Part shown: positions 37,116 through 47,056 of the stretch, in pieces | Position numbering within the stretch: position 1 is the stretch's first letter | Layout of the letters: each line of letters starts with the position of its first letter | Assembly: GCA_049240625.1 (NCBI GenBank) | Contig: JBMLSG010000004.1 | Span: 41,351-105,350, forward strand | Direction: 5' to 3' | DNA: 64,000 bases | Origin: Lacibacter sp. | Lineage (GTDB): Bacteria; Bacteroidota; Bacteroidia; Chitinophagales; Chitinophagaceae | The notes under the pieces: model-generated | Told to the model about the DNA's origin: nothing | The model's input: the letters and a program-made list of their open reading frames with translations, nothing else | The model's database searches: none | Position numbers and translations under genes: made by a program

Positions 37116-38162
37116 GTGAAAAAAGCACTCGTTTTCGTTCTGCTGAGCACACTCGTTTTCGTCGGGTGTAAAAAAGCAATTGAAAAGAAAAAAGAGGAAC
37201 TGACTGAAAGCTTCATTGTCAAGGCGATGGTGGATGGTCGTTGGATTGTATCGGCTTACAACGTTGAAACATCATCCTATAAATCGGAATTTGATGTGTA
37301 TGAATTTCAATTTCTCGCATCCGGAAAGGTTAACGCGCTGAAAAACGATGTTATTGAGGCAACGGGTGATTGGGTGGGCGATATGGCTACTGCAACCATT
37401 CGGGCACAGTTTCCGGAAACTGCCAATGGAACACTTAAGCGACTGAATGCAGAATGGAAAATTGTACGTAACAGTTGGATATGGGTAAAAGTGCAACAAA
37501 CAATCGGGGGAAAATTGACGGACCTTGAGTTGAAAAAAATTGTTTCAAGTGTCAATCTGTTTCACCTGGCACCTGATGCTCCCGGATTGGATCTTTTTGT
37601 TAATACTACTAAACTGGCGTTGGCTCCATTTTTTTATTCCGATAGTACGGGTTATCTGTCCTATTCCCCTGGGGTATTTAATTTTCAATTCAATGAAACA
37701 ACTACAACCAATCAATTATTAACAACTACACTTGTAGGAGAAAGAGATAAAAGTTACTCCATGTTTCTTATTCCGGGTATTCCGGCAATTAATGCGATTA
37801 CAGTTGAGGATGATTTAACAATTCCTGCAGCCGGAAAGGCACATGTTCGATTCTTTAATTTTTGCAAAAATGCTCCATCGCTAACGGGTGCGATCGCATA
37901 TGGTGCTGCTACCTATTTGCAATTTCCGGATCGAGTTTTTGAGTCTCAACTCTCTGCTTCGAACGGACAAAACTGGTTGCCGATTACTTCAGGAGGATAC
38001 AATCTTGAAATACGTTCGACCTTAAACGGGACTGTTTTGATGTCTACTCCGGCCCCTTACTTTTATTTAAAGGCCAATAAGATTTACACGTTCATAGCAA
38101 TGGGAGACTACAACGCCACCGGTGATAAAGGATTGAAACTGAAGATTATTGTACACAATTAA
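37116..38162 (+). CDS. Lipoprotein: lipocalin-like N-domain fused to DUF4397-like domains
   Basis: GTG start gives MKKALVFVLLSTLVFVGC (lipobox). Later FHLAPDAPGLDLFVN and VRFFNFCKNAPSL repeats are typical of DUF4397. Confidence 0.7.
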   Translation: MKKALVFVLLSTLVFVGCKKAIEKKKEELTESFIVKAMVDGRWIVSAYNVETSSYKSEFDVYEFQFLASGKVNALKNDVIEATGDWVGDMATATIRAQFPETANGTLKRLNAEWKIVRNSWIWVKVQQTIGGKLTDLELKKIVSSVNLFHLAPDAPGLDLFVNTTKLALAPFFYSDSTGYLSYSPGVFNFQFNETTTTNQLLTTTLVGERDKSYSMFLIPGIPAINAITVEDDLTIPAAGKAHVRFFNFCKNAPSLTGAIAYGAATYLQFPDRVFESQLSASNGQNWLPITSGGYNLEIRSTLNGTVLMSTPAPYFYLKANKIYTFIAMGDYNATGDKGLKLKIIVHN

Positions 38163-38343
38163 TATTGACCTGAAAGGCTCGGATGTCGTTCGCTTTTGAT
38201 GCAAGAATGTCAAATTTCGTTTTTCGTTTTATGCTAAGTATATCCTATTAAATAGTTATGATTTTTGGTCTGTTTTTTGCATATATTAATTTTAAATGAA
38301 ATTTTCTTTGTTTTTTGAAAGCAATAAACATAAATTTGTTTCG

Positions 38344-38694
38344 TTGAAAAAATCCATTCTTATACTTGTTCTATTTCTGTCGTTTGGAGCGGTAGCCAAT
38401 GCTCAGACAGACCGTTCTTCTGAAACGGCACAGAAATCCATGGTTAAAATGGTTCGTTTTTATCCCAACCCTGCCTCTTCATTTATTAATTTCGATTTTC
38501 AAGAAAACCCTCCTCTCACAGGCTATTCCTTCAAGATTTATAATTTTATTGGGAAAAAGGTATTGGAAATCAATAATATAACTCCACGTACAGTTCTCAA
38601 CCTCAACGATTATTTTAGAGGGGTTTACATCTTCCAGTTAACGGACAGAAACGGCAAGGTGGTTGAAAGCGGTAAATTTCAAGTCGTTAAATAA
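38344..38694 (+). CDS. Stand-alone T9SS type-A sorting-domain protein
   Basis: TTG start gives a signal peptide, then FYPNPASS, IYNFIGKKV, GVYIF and KFQVVK with almost no cargo domain. Confidence 0.8.
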   Translation: MKKSILILVLFLSFGAVANAQTDRSSETAQKSMVKMVRFYPNPASSFINFDFQENPPLTGYSFKIYNFIGKKVLEINNITPRTVLNLNDYFRGVYIFQLTDRNGKVVESGKFQVVK

Positions 38695-38708
38695 TCTTCT
38701 TTTTAGGG

Positions 38709-39899
38709 TTACAGCACCTGAACAATTAGAAATTTCAGGTAATGTGTATTTTCCCAACCCCATATAATCGGGTGGTCCGAACTTTGTGTTTGAAAAGTAA
38801 CTTGTCGAAGCTGGCGTCTGGCATCTTTTGCCGCCATTTGAATGATATCCAGAAATAATTGGGGTTGCACTAAATTGGTACAAGACGAGGTAACCAAAAA
38901 TCCTCCGGGCTTTACCAACTTCATACCTCTTAAATTGATTTCTTTGTATCCGGTAATTGCTTTTTGAATCGTGGAACGTGATTTTGTAAAAGAGGGAGGG
39001 TCCAGCATTACAACATCGTATTTTTTCCCTTCTTTGACCCAGGTTTTCAATACATCAAACGCATTAACGCATTCAAAACGGCACTTGTCTTCCACGCCAT
39101 TCAAGACAGCGTTTTTGCGGCACATCGCTACCGCACTTTCACTGATATCAAGTCCATGAACCGATTTGGCGCCATAATGGGCGGCATGTATTTCAAAGGT
39201 CCCTGTATAGGTAAATGCGCCTAAAACATCAGCGCCCTCTACGATATGTCTGATCGCTTTCCTGTTATCTTGCTGGTCGAGAAAATAACCGGTTTTTTGT
39301 CCATTTGCCAAATCCACATGAAACTGCAATCCGTTTTCGCGAATGATAATGTTCGTGTCAAAGGGCTGACCTAAAAACCCTTTTTGTTGTTGCATTCCTT
39401 CCAATTCACGTACGGGAACGTCGTTCCGTTCATAGATTCCTTTGGGATTAAAGAGTTTTTCTATCGCTTTTACAATGGCCGGCTTCCATAAGTCGATTCC
39501 CAATGCCAGTGTCTGCAAAACGAAGTAGTCGTTGAATTTGTCAATAATCAGTTGAGGTAATCCATCCGCTTCGCCAAAAATCAGTCTGCAATTTTCTGTG
39601 TATCCCAGTTGTTTCCGATAATTCCATGCTTTTTCCAGACGTTGGAAAAAAAAGTTGTCATCAATGGTTTCGTTCTGTTCCCGGCTCAAAATCCGGACCA
39701 TGATTTGAGATTGCGGATTGAAGTAACCTTTGCCTACAAAACGCTGGTCGTATGTGTACACGTCAACGATACTTCCGGCCTCAGGGGTGGCGTCACCCAA
39801 TGATTTTAATGAAGATGCATTGATTTCATTGGCAAAAATCCAGGGATGCCCAAGCATTACCCGGTTGCTGATTTTCCGATTTAAGACTAATTTGGCCAT
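38709..39899 (-). CDS. RlmI-family SAM-dependent rRNA methyltransferase
   Basis: GHPWIF PUA-like start, GEADGLP, GQKTGYFLDQ and DPPSF motifs. Start at MAKL, 6 nt after TACCTTTG. Confidence 0.9.
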   Translation of the reverse strand: MAKLVLNRKISNRVMLGHPWIFANEINASSLKSLGDATPEAGSIVDVYTYDQRFVGKGYFNPQSQIMVRILSREQNETIDDNFFFQRLEKAWNYRKQLGYTENCRLIFGEADGLPQLIIDKFNDYFVLQTLALGIDLWKPAIVKAIEKLFNPKGIYERNDVPVRELEGMQQQKGFLGQPFDTNIIIRENGLQFHVDLANGQKTGYFLDQQDNRKAIRHIVEGADVLGAFTYTGTFEIHAAHYGAKSVHGLDISESAVAMCRKNAVLNGVEDKCRFECVNAFDVLKTWVKEGKKYDVVMLDPPSFTKSRSTIQKAITGYKEINLRGMKLVKPGGFLVTSSCTNLVQPQLFLDIIQMAAKDARRQLRQVTFQTQSSDHPIIWGWENTHYLKFLIVQVL

Positions 39900-40178
39900 G
39901 CGCGGCAAAGGTATCGTAATTACCTTGCTGAAGCAAAGAAGCATGATTTTTATCTTGTACTTGTTTTGGGATTCTGTTGGTATTTTGAAGGATTCAACAA
40001 GGTGTTTGTTTGTTACAGGCGTATCAATCCGGCTTGTTTTTGGGATTCAGCAGTTAATTGACTGTAATAAGAATTCAGTCATTTAGGATGATCCGTTTCA
40101 TTTAGTGAGACATTTTGTCCAACAAACCTTATTGGCAATATTCTTGACTGCGTAACTTTGCCATCAATTTTGAGCATT

Positions 40179-40757
40179 ATGGAAGAAAACAGGAACGATA
40201 TGACAGATACAAGTGCAAAAACAGAAACAACTGCAGCAGAGGGAATTGAACTCAATACAGATGAAAATGCAGCAGGAACAACTCATTTGAATGCTTCTGT
40301 TGGAGAAGAAAGCGAACTGGAAAAGTTGAAAGATGCTTTGGAGGAAGAGAAGAAAAAGTACCTCTATTTGTTTGCCGAATATGATAATTTCAGAAAACGT
40401 ACGGCAAAAGAACGGCTGGAATTAAATCAAACAGCAGGGAAAGAGGTGATTGTTGCCTTATTAGAGGTGTTGGATGATGCTTCCAGAGCAGAGGCCGAGC
40501 TCACAAAGAAGGGCCTGGAAAAGGATGCGGAAGGGGTTATGCTCGTTTTTCAAAAGCTGAAACGAATTTTGCAACAGAAAGGATTGAAAGAAATGGAATC
40601 AAAAGGGCTTGATTTCGATGCCGATAAACATGAAGCGATCACTGAAATTCCTGCCCCAACAGAGGAATTAAAAGGAAAGGTTGTGGATGATATTGAAAAA
40701 GGCTACCTCTTGCACGATAAAATCATTCGATTTGCAAAAGTCGTGGTGGGCAAGTAA
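40179..40757 (+). CDS. grpE: Nucleotide exchange factor GrpE
   Basis: AEYDNFRKRT, FDADKHEA and KGYLLHDKIIRFAKVVV motifs; TAACTTTG promoter at 40153-40160. Confidence 0.97.
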   Translation: MEENRNDMTDTSAKTETTAAEGIELNTDENAAGTTHLNASVGEESELEKLKDALEEEKKKYLYLFAEYDNFRKRTAKERLELNQTAGKEVIVALLEVLDDASRAEAELTKKGLEKDAEGVMLVFQKLKRILQQKGLKEMESKGLDFDADKHEAITEIPAPTEELKGKVVDDIEKGYLLHDKIIRFAKVVVGK

Positions 40758-40842
40758 TACAAACCGGTTTTAGAAAAAAGATAGCAGATTTCATGCAAGA
40801 GGGTATCATTACATCTAATGCTGAAATCATGTATAAAATGAT

Positions 40843-42006
40843 ATGAAAAGAGATTATTACGAAATACTGGGGGTCAGTAAATCCTCGACAGCTGATGAAA
40901 TCAAAAAGGCTTACCGAAAAGTCGCGATGCAATTCCATCCCGACCGAAATCCGGGCAACAAAGAGGCTGAAGAGAAGTTTAAAGAAGCTGCCGAAGCTTA
41001 TGAGGTATTGAGTGATGCCGAGAAGCGGGCGCAATACGATCGTTTTGGACATGCCGGTGTTGGAGGCAATGGACGGGGAGGTGGATTCAGCGGTGGACAT
41101 GGCATGAATATGGAAGACATCTTCAGTCAGTTTGGCGACGTGTTTGGCGATGATGTTTTCGGAAGTTTCTTTGGTGGCGGTCAGCGACGCAGTAGCGGTG
41201 GCCGTGCAAAAGGAACCAGAGGAAGCAATTTAAGGGTGCGGATCAAGTTGAATTTTGAAGAAATTGCCAAAGGGGCTTCCAAAACGATTAAAGTTAAAAA
41301 GCATGTTTCCTGTACAACGTGCAATGGGTCGGGCGCTAAGGACAAGAACAGTGTACAAACCTGTTCTACCTGTGGAGGTACCGGACAAGTACGTCGAGTT
41401 CAAAATACGTTTTTGGGTCAAATGCAAACGGTTACGACCTGCCCTTCGTGCAATGGAGAAGGAACCACTATTACCCATAAGTGTGGATCTTGTAAAGGAG
41501 AAGGAAGGGTATACGGCGAGGAAAACATCACAATCGATATTCCTGCCGGTGTACAAGAAGGAATGCAGCTCAACGTGGGGGGCAAAGGAAATGCAGGAGA
41601 GCGAGGCGGTTCTCCCGGGGATCTGATTGTTTTGATTGAGGAAGAAGCACATCCGCAATTACATCGCGATGGTTTAAATGTTGCGTACGATCTGTACATC
41701 TCGTTTCCTGATGCCGTTTTTGGCACTCAAATGGAGGTTCCAACAATTGACGGAAGAGCAAAAATTAAAATTCCGGCAGGTACGCAAAGTGGCAAAATTT
41801 TCAGGTTGAAGGGTAAAGGGTTTCCGGCGATTCAGAGCTACGAAAAAGGAGATCAGTTGATATATGTCAATGTTTGGACGCCCCAACATGTTTCTTCAGA
41901 AGAGAAAGCTATGCTTGAAAAAATGCAAGACAGTCCCGGGTTTCAGCCAAAGCCCGAAAAGAACGAAAAGGGTTTTTTTGAGCGCATTAAAGAAATGTTT
42001 AGTTAA
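40843..42006 (+). CDS. dnaJ: Chaperone DnaJ
   Basis: J domain with HPD, G/F region and four CxxCxGxG repeats. Confidence 0.98.
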   Translation: MKRDYYEILGVSKSSTADEIKKAYRKVAMQFHPDRNPGNKEAEEKFKEAAEAYEVLSDAEKRAQYDRFGHAGVGGNGRGGGFSGGHGMNMEDIFSQFGDVFGDDVFGSFFGGGQRRSSGGRAKGTRGSNLRVRIKLNFEEIAKGASKTIKVKKHVSCTTCNGSGAKDKNSVQTCSTCGGTGQVRRVQNTFLGQMQTVTTCPSCNGEGTTITHKCGSCKGEGRVYGEENITIDIPAGVQEGMQLNVGGKGNAGERGGSPGDLIVLIEEEAHPQLHRDGLNVAYDLYISFPDAVFGTQMEVPTIDGRAKIKIPAGTQSGKIFRLKGKGFPAIQSYEKGDQLIYVNVWTPQHVSSEEKAMLEKMQDSPGFQPKPEKNEKGFFERIKEMFS

Positions 42007-42026
42007 ATCATTAAGGCAGAACGTAT

Positions 42027-42053
42027 GGCAGGTGTTGATTCGCCTGCCTTTTT
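42027..42053 (+). terminator. grpE-dnaJ terminator
   Basis: ggcaggtg-ttgatt-cgcctgcc followed by T5. Confidence 0.75.
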
Positions 42054-42149
42054 GTTTGCGCTCTTTTTTAATTAAATTCATTTTTTGGAATGTCAAGATC
42101 TTGCGATTCTGAATCCGAATAATAGATAAATGCTAAAGTCATGATATAA

Positions 42150-42587
42150 ATGAAAGACAGTAAGAGTTATACAATCCCTGCACGTTTTCGAAAGATCGAA
42201 AATCTGCATATTTTGTTTTGGTTATTGAAAGACGCCTGTTGGGCATTGAATTTTAAATACCCGGCTCTTTTTATGATCCTTCCTACTATGGGTGCAGCTT
42301 TCCTTATTACTTGGCAAACACGCAAATTGCTTTCGGAGTTCGTGCATAATTTGTCTGTCGTGTTTTGGATTGCTGCAAACTGTATCTGGATGGTTGGTGA
42401 GTTCTTTGGTTTGGATGAAGGCCGCTGGGGACTACGCAATATGGCCTTATTGCCATTTGGAATGGGGCTTTTGATATTGGGGGGGTATTATTTATTGTAT
42501 CTCATAAATCGGCCATTTAAAGAAAAGATTCTCCGTCAGACCGAACAAATCTCCGATCCTTTGCATGGTTCGGACACAAAAGAATAA
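42150..42587 (+). CDS. Hypothetical 4-TM membrane protein with internal repeat
   Basis: Four hydrophobic segments and a duplicated NLxxxFWxxxxxxW motif. Confidence 0.7.
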   Translation: MKDSKSYTIPARFRKIENLHILFWLLKDACWALNFKYPALFMILPTMGAAFLITWQTRKLLSEFVHNLSVVFWIAANCIWMVGEFFGLDEGRWGLRNMALLPFGMGLLILGGYYLLYLINRPFKEKILRQTEQISDPLHGSDTKE

Positions 42588-42715
42588 TAAAACATCTTAC
42601 CTTCCTTATCGACCCTTTTCAAATTCAAACTATCTTTGCCCACTTTAAAAATCGTACAGATGACCTGTATCGTGGCATCCACCCTGGTCCATCTTCAAAT
42701 AAATAGGAAATTACT

Positions 42716-44542
42716 ATGTACAGAACTCATACATGCGGAGAGTTAAGAATCAATCATGCAGGCATTAGTGTTACACTCGCCGGTTGGGTACAAACGATCC
42801 GTAAATTCGGAAGTATCACATTCGTTGATTTGAGAGATCGTTACGGAATTACGCAATTGTTGTTTGGTGAAGAGCTCAATCAACAATTGGAGTCCAATCC
42901 TCTGGGCCGTGAGTTTGTAATTCAGGTAAGCGGAACGGTAAATGAACGCAGCAGTAAAAATGCAAATATCCCCACAGGCGCGATCGAAATTGCGGTTCAG
43001 TCATTCGTGATTTTGAACAAATCGGCAGTGCCTCCTTTTACTATTCAGGATGATACCGATGGTGGCGATGATTTACGCATGAAATATCGTTTTTTGGATT
43101 TGCGCCGGAATGCGGTTAAAAGGAACATCGAGTTGCGTTATGCGGTCAACAGGGCTGCCCGTAATTATTTACATGCAAACGGCTTCATGGATATTGAAAC
43201 CCCTTTTTTAATAAAATCGACACCGGAAGGTGCCCGTGATTTTGTTGTGCCAAGCCGTATGAATCCGGGACAGTTTTATGCATTGCCGCAATCTCCACAA
43301 ACATTTAAACAACTGTTGATGGTAAGCGGATACGATCGATATTATCAGGTCGTAAAATGTTTCAGAGATGAAGATCTGAGGGCCGATCGTCAACCGGAGT
43401 TCACACAAATCGACTGTGAAATGGCCTTCGTGGAACAGGAGGATATATTGAACATGTTTGAAGGGATGATCAAATCTATTTTCAAAGAAGTGAAAGGGAT
43501 TGATTATACTGAAAACGTAGAACGAATGACCTGGGAAGATGCCATGTGGCAATATGGAAATGACAAGCCGGATATTCGTTTTGGGATGAAAATCTGTAAC
43601 CTCAAATTTCCTGCTCATACGTTTTCATCCAAAACGGGTTATGAACAATTGATCCATGGGGTGGATTTTAAAGTTTTTGACGAAGCTGAAACGGTCGTTG
43701 CCATTGCAGTTCCTGGTTGTAGTGAATATACACGTAAGCAAACCGATGAATTGACTGAATGGGTGAAACGTCCGCAAATAGGAATGAAAGGACTCGTGTT
43801 CATTAAGTGTAACGAAGATGGCACGTTTAAGAGCAGTGTTGATAAATTCTATTCCGAAGAGAAATTAAAAGCGATTGCGGATGCTTCGTGTGCCAAAGCC
43901 GGCGATTTGATTTTGATCCTTGCCGGTACCGAGGAGCGTACAAGAAAGGCAATGAGCGAACTGCGTTTGGAATTGGGCGAGCGTTTGAGTTTGCGTAAAA
44001 AAGATGAATTCAAATTGCTTTGGGTTCTGGATTTTCCATTGTTTGAATATGCGGAGGAGGAAAACAGATGGGTGGCAAGACATCATCCGTTTACCAGTCC
44101 CAAGCCTTCACAAATTGAAACGATGATTCAAAACAATCCGGTCATTGAAGATGCGGCTAATTATTTGAAACATCCTTATGCAAATATTAAAGCTAATGCC
44201 TATGATATGGTATTGAACGGAAACGAAATTGGAGGAGGATCAATTCGGATCTATCAACGTGAACTTCAGGAAAAAATGTTTTTGGCATTGGGTATGGATG
44301 CAGAGGAACAACAACACAAATTTGGCTTTTTATTGGGTGCTTTTGAATATGGTGCTCCGCCACACGGTGGCATCGCTTTTGGTTTTGATCGTTTGTGTGC
44401 GTTGCTGGGTGGAAGCGAAAGCATCCGCGATTTTATTGCATTCCCCAAAAACAACAGTGGACGAGATGTTATGCTCGATGCGCCTTCTTCGATTGATCAA
44501 AAGCAATTGGAGGAATTGCAGATTCGATTGCATTTAAAATAA
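42716..44542 (+). CDS. aspS: Aspartate--tRNA ligase
   Basis: [40 protein letters not shown] and PPHGGIAFG motifs; TATCTTTG promoter at 42631-42638. Confidence 0.98.
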   Translation: MYRTHTCGELRINHAGISVTLAGWVQTIRKFGSITFVDLRDRYGITQLLFGEELNQQLESNPLGREFVIQVSGTVNERSSKNANIPTGAIEIAVQSFVILNKSAVPPFTIQDDTDGGDDLRMKYRFLDLRRNAVKRNIELRYAVNRAARNYLHANGFMDIETPFLIKSTPEGARDFVVPSRMNPGQFYALPQSPQTFKQLLMVSGYDRYYQVVKCFRDEDLRADRQPEFTQIDCEMAFVEQEDILNMFEGMIKSIFKEVKGIDYTENVERMTWEDAMWQYGNDKPDIRFGMKICNLKFPAHTFSSKTGYEQLIHGVDFKVFDEAETVVAIAVPGCSEYTRKQTDELTEWVKRPQIGMKGLVFIKCNEDGTFKSSVDKFYSEEKLKAIADASCAKAGDLILILAGTEERTRKAMSELRLELGERLSLRKKDEFKLLWVLDFPLFEYAEEENRWVARHHPFTSPKPSQIETMIQNNPVIEDAANYLKHPYANIKANAYDMVLNGNEIGGGSIRIYQRELQEKMFLALGMDAEEQQHKFGFLLGAFEYGAPPHGGIAFGFDRLCALLGGSESIRDFIAFPKNNSGRDVMLDAPSSIDQKQLEELQIRLHLK

Positions 44543-44551
44543 TGGAACGTT

Positions 44552-45061
44552 ATGATTCAGCTCTATAAAGTATTGTCTTTTGTTATCATGCTAATTGCCC
44601 TGTTGCTTTCATTCATTGTGATTGCGGGGTTGCTTGTCGCTCTGGCCAATCCGGTTTTGCTGCTCAATGTATTTATTTTGGGCGCAGTTGTTATTTATAG
44701 TTTTACCAGTTTTTCTTTTTTGCAAAAAGGATTGATCCGCAAGCAAAAGGTCAAGTCCAGACTGAAAGACTGGATTAAAGTAAATGCCTATGTGTCCATC
44801 ACGTTTATTACGCTGGTGTTCTTTCAAACGATAAGTATTGTAATGAGCCCGACTGTTTTGAAATCGGTAATCGATCAGTTTCAGTCGTTACAAACTGCTC
44901 AAACTTCCCTTCCTAAAGGGCAAATCTTTCAGTTGATGCAAATTACGATGTATGCTATGATGATTTACGCATTGATGCTCGGTACTCATATTGCACTAAC
45001 ATTTCGTTTGATCAAACAGCACGGTGATCTGTTTGACGATACGATAAGTCAGAACAACTAA
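44552..45061 (+). CDS. Hypothetical membrane protein
   Basis: 169 aa with about 4 TM helices, tightly coupled to aspS. Confidence 0.65.
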   Translation: MIQLYKVLSFVIMLIALLLSFIVIAGLLVALANPVLLLNVFILGAVVIYSFTSFSFLQKGLIRKQKVKSRLKDWIKVNAYVSITFITLVFFQTISIVMSPTVLKSVIDQFQSLQTAQTSLPKGQIFQLMQITMYAMMIYALMLGTHIALTFRLIKQHGDLFDDTISQNN

Positions 45062-45155
45062 TTAGTAAAGGCGCACTTGTGCCCATTCCAATTTTTGCCA
45101 ATTAATTGTAACTTGTTACAACTTTGCTTTATATCCTTCGGTGGATCATTGCTTC

Positions 45156-46436
45156 ATGTCTAAAACAACATCTTTGAAACAGATTCCGTTGGCAGAACGC
45201 TTACGACCTTCGCGTCTCGAAGATCTGATGGGGCAGCAACATCTCACAGGCAATGGAAGTGTGCTGCAAAGAGCCATTACGGAACAACGTTTACCCAGTA
45301 TGATTTTATGGGGTGCTCCGGGTGTGGGCAAAACATCAATCGCCCATATTATCGCGCAAAGTGTACAAGCCGATTTTTTTCAACTGAGTGCCATCAGTTC
45401 CGGGGTGAAAGATATTCGGGAAGTTCTGGAACAGGCAAAATCCAAAGATGGAGCAGTCTTGTTCATTGATGAAATTCATCGGTTCAATAAAGGGCAGCAA
45501 GATGCATTGTTGTCTGCCGTAGAAAAAGGGGTTGTCACCCTGATTGGGGCAACAACAGAGAATCCATCGTTTGAAGTCAATAGTGCTTTGTTAAGTCGAT
45601 GTCAGGTTTTTCTTTTGAATCCACTCGCTGAAAAGGACTTGATTCAATTACTCAACAGAGCAATAAAGGAAGACGTTTTTTTGTCGCAAAAGCAAATTGA
45701 GTTGGCCGAAACAGAAGCATTGTTAAGGCTCAGTGATGGGGATGCACGCAAATTGCTCAATCTGTTTGAACTGGTTGTTGAGAATGGTTCAGCGGAGCCT
45801 ATTGTCATAACCAATGAGCTGGTGATGCAAACGATGCAACAAAAAATGGCGTTGTACGACAAAAAGGGAGAGCAGCACTACGATATCATTTCAGCCTTTA
45901 TTAAGTCCATTCGGGGTAGTGATCCCAATGCGGCTGTTTATTGGCTGGCAAGAATGATCGAAGGAGGAGAGGATGTGAAGTTCATTGCCCGAAGATTGTT
46001 GATTCTGGCAAGTGAAGACATTGGTAACGCCAATCCCAATGCGTTGTTGCTGGCAAACAGCACGTTCGATGCAGTGGTAAAAATTGGATTGCCGGAAGCT
46101 CGTATCGTATTGGCACAGTGCGCCACCTATCTTGCATCTTCTCCCAAGAGTAATGCCTCTTACTTGTCCATCAACAAGGCGCTGGAAGCTGTTCAAAGAA
46201 CGGGCAATCTTCCGGTTCCTTTGTCGGTACGGAATGCGCCTACCGGACTCATGAAAGGTTTGGGGTATGGCATGGGCTATAAGTATGCTCATGATTTTGA
46301 AAACAACTTTGCCGAACAGGAATATTTGCCTGAACCGATCAGCGGAACTGTTTTTTATGAACCGGGTAACAATCCGAGAGAGAATGAGATCCGACAGTTT
46401 CTGAAACGTTTGTGGAAGGATCGCTATAATTATTAA
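45156..46436 (+). CDS. rarA: Replication-associated recombination protein A (RarA/MgsA)
   Basis: PLAERLRP, GAPGVGKT, DEIHRFNK, ATTENPSF, IKSIRGSDP and ASEDIGNA motifs. Confidence 0.95.
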   Translation: MSKTTSLKQIPLAERLRPSRLEDLMGQQHLTGNGSVLQRAITEQRLPSMILWGAPGVGKTSIAHIIAQSVQADFFQLSAISSGVKDIREVLEQAKSKDGAVLFIDEIHRFNKGQQDALLSAVEKGVVTLIGATTENPSFEVNSALLSRCQVFLLNPLAEKDLIQLLNRAIKEDVFLSQKQIELAETEALLRLSDGDARKLLNLFELVVENGSAEPIVITNELVMQTMQQKMALYDKKGEQHYDIISAFIKSIRGSDPNAAVYWLARMIEGGEDVKFIARRLLILASEDIGNANPNALLLANSTFDAVVKIGLPEARIVLAQCATYLASSPKSNASYLSINKALEAVQRTGNLPVPLSVRNAPTGLMKGLGYGMGYKYAHDFENNFAEQEYLPEPISGTVFYEPGNNPRENEIRQFLKRLWKDRYNY

Positions 46437-46446
46437 TAAGTTTAAC

Positions 46447-46893
46447 ATGAAATGGATGCTTCGATCGTTTCAGGAGCTAACGCCCAAAGAGTTGTACGAC
46501 ATTCTAAGTTTGCGGAATAGCGTTTTTGTGGTCGAACAAAATTGTGTTTATCTGGATACAGATCACAAAGATGAGCGATCTTTTCACCTGTGGTGTCAAT
46601 CTCCTGACGCTGCGGTTGTAGCCTATTGCCGTTTGTTGCCACCGGGTGTATCTTATAAGGAAGCTTCTGTAGGGAGAGTCGTTGTGCATCCTGACTACAG
46701 GGAAAAAGGGTTAGGGCGACAATTGATGCAGGAAGCAATGTTGCAATGTTCTTCACTTTTTAATACGGACGCCATCGTGATTAGTGCGCAGTTTCACTTA
46801 GCGCGTTTTTACCGATCATTGGGTTTTCGGGAGCAAGGTGCAGTTTACCTGGAAGACGGAATCGAGCATATTGAAATGCATCGGTCCGGATAA
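46447..46893 (+). CDS. ElaA-family GNAT acetyltransferase
   Basis: LRNSVFVVEQNC, GRVVV, REKGLG, SAQFHL and YLEDGIEHIEM motifs. Confidence 0.9.
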   Translation: MKWMLRSFQELTPKELYDILSLRNSVFVVEQNCVYLDTDHKDERSFHLWCQSPDAAVVAYCRLLPPGVSYKEASVGRVVVHPDYREKGLGRQLMQEAMLQCSSLFNTDAIVISAQFHLARFYRSLGFREQGAVYLEDGIEHIEMHRSG

Positions 46894-47056
46894 AAAGTAA
46901 AAACACGGTTCTTCAAACGTAAAATCACTGAAAATCAAACTTCTGAGTAGGTGATTCCCAAGAAAACAAGTAAAAAATTTTGAAGATCAGGATTTGTTCA
47001 ATAATATTGTTCAGAGAATCCAATTTAGTAAACTGATAATCCAAATATCCAAATCT

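Noticed and set aside
46894-47056. Possible invertible promoter or Xer-like site upstream of the beta-barrel gene
   Set aside because: No matching pair of inverted repeats and no recombinase could be identified.
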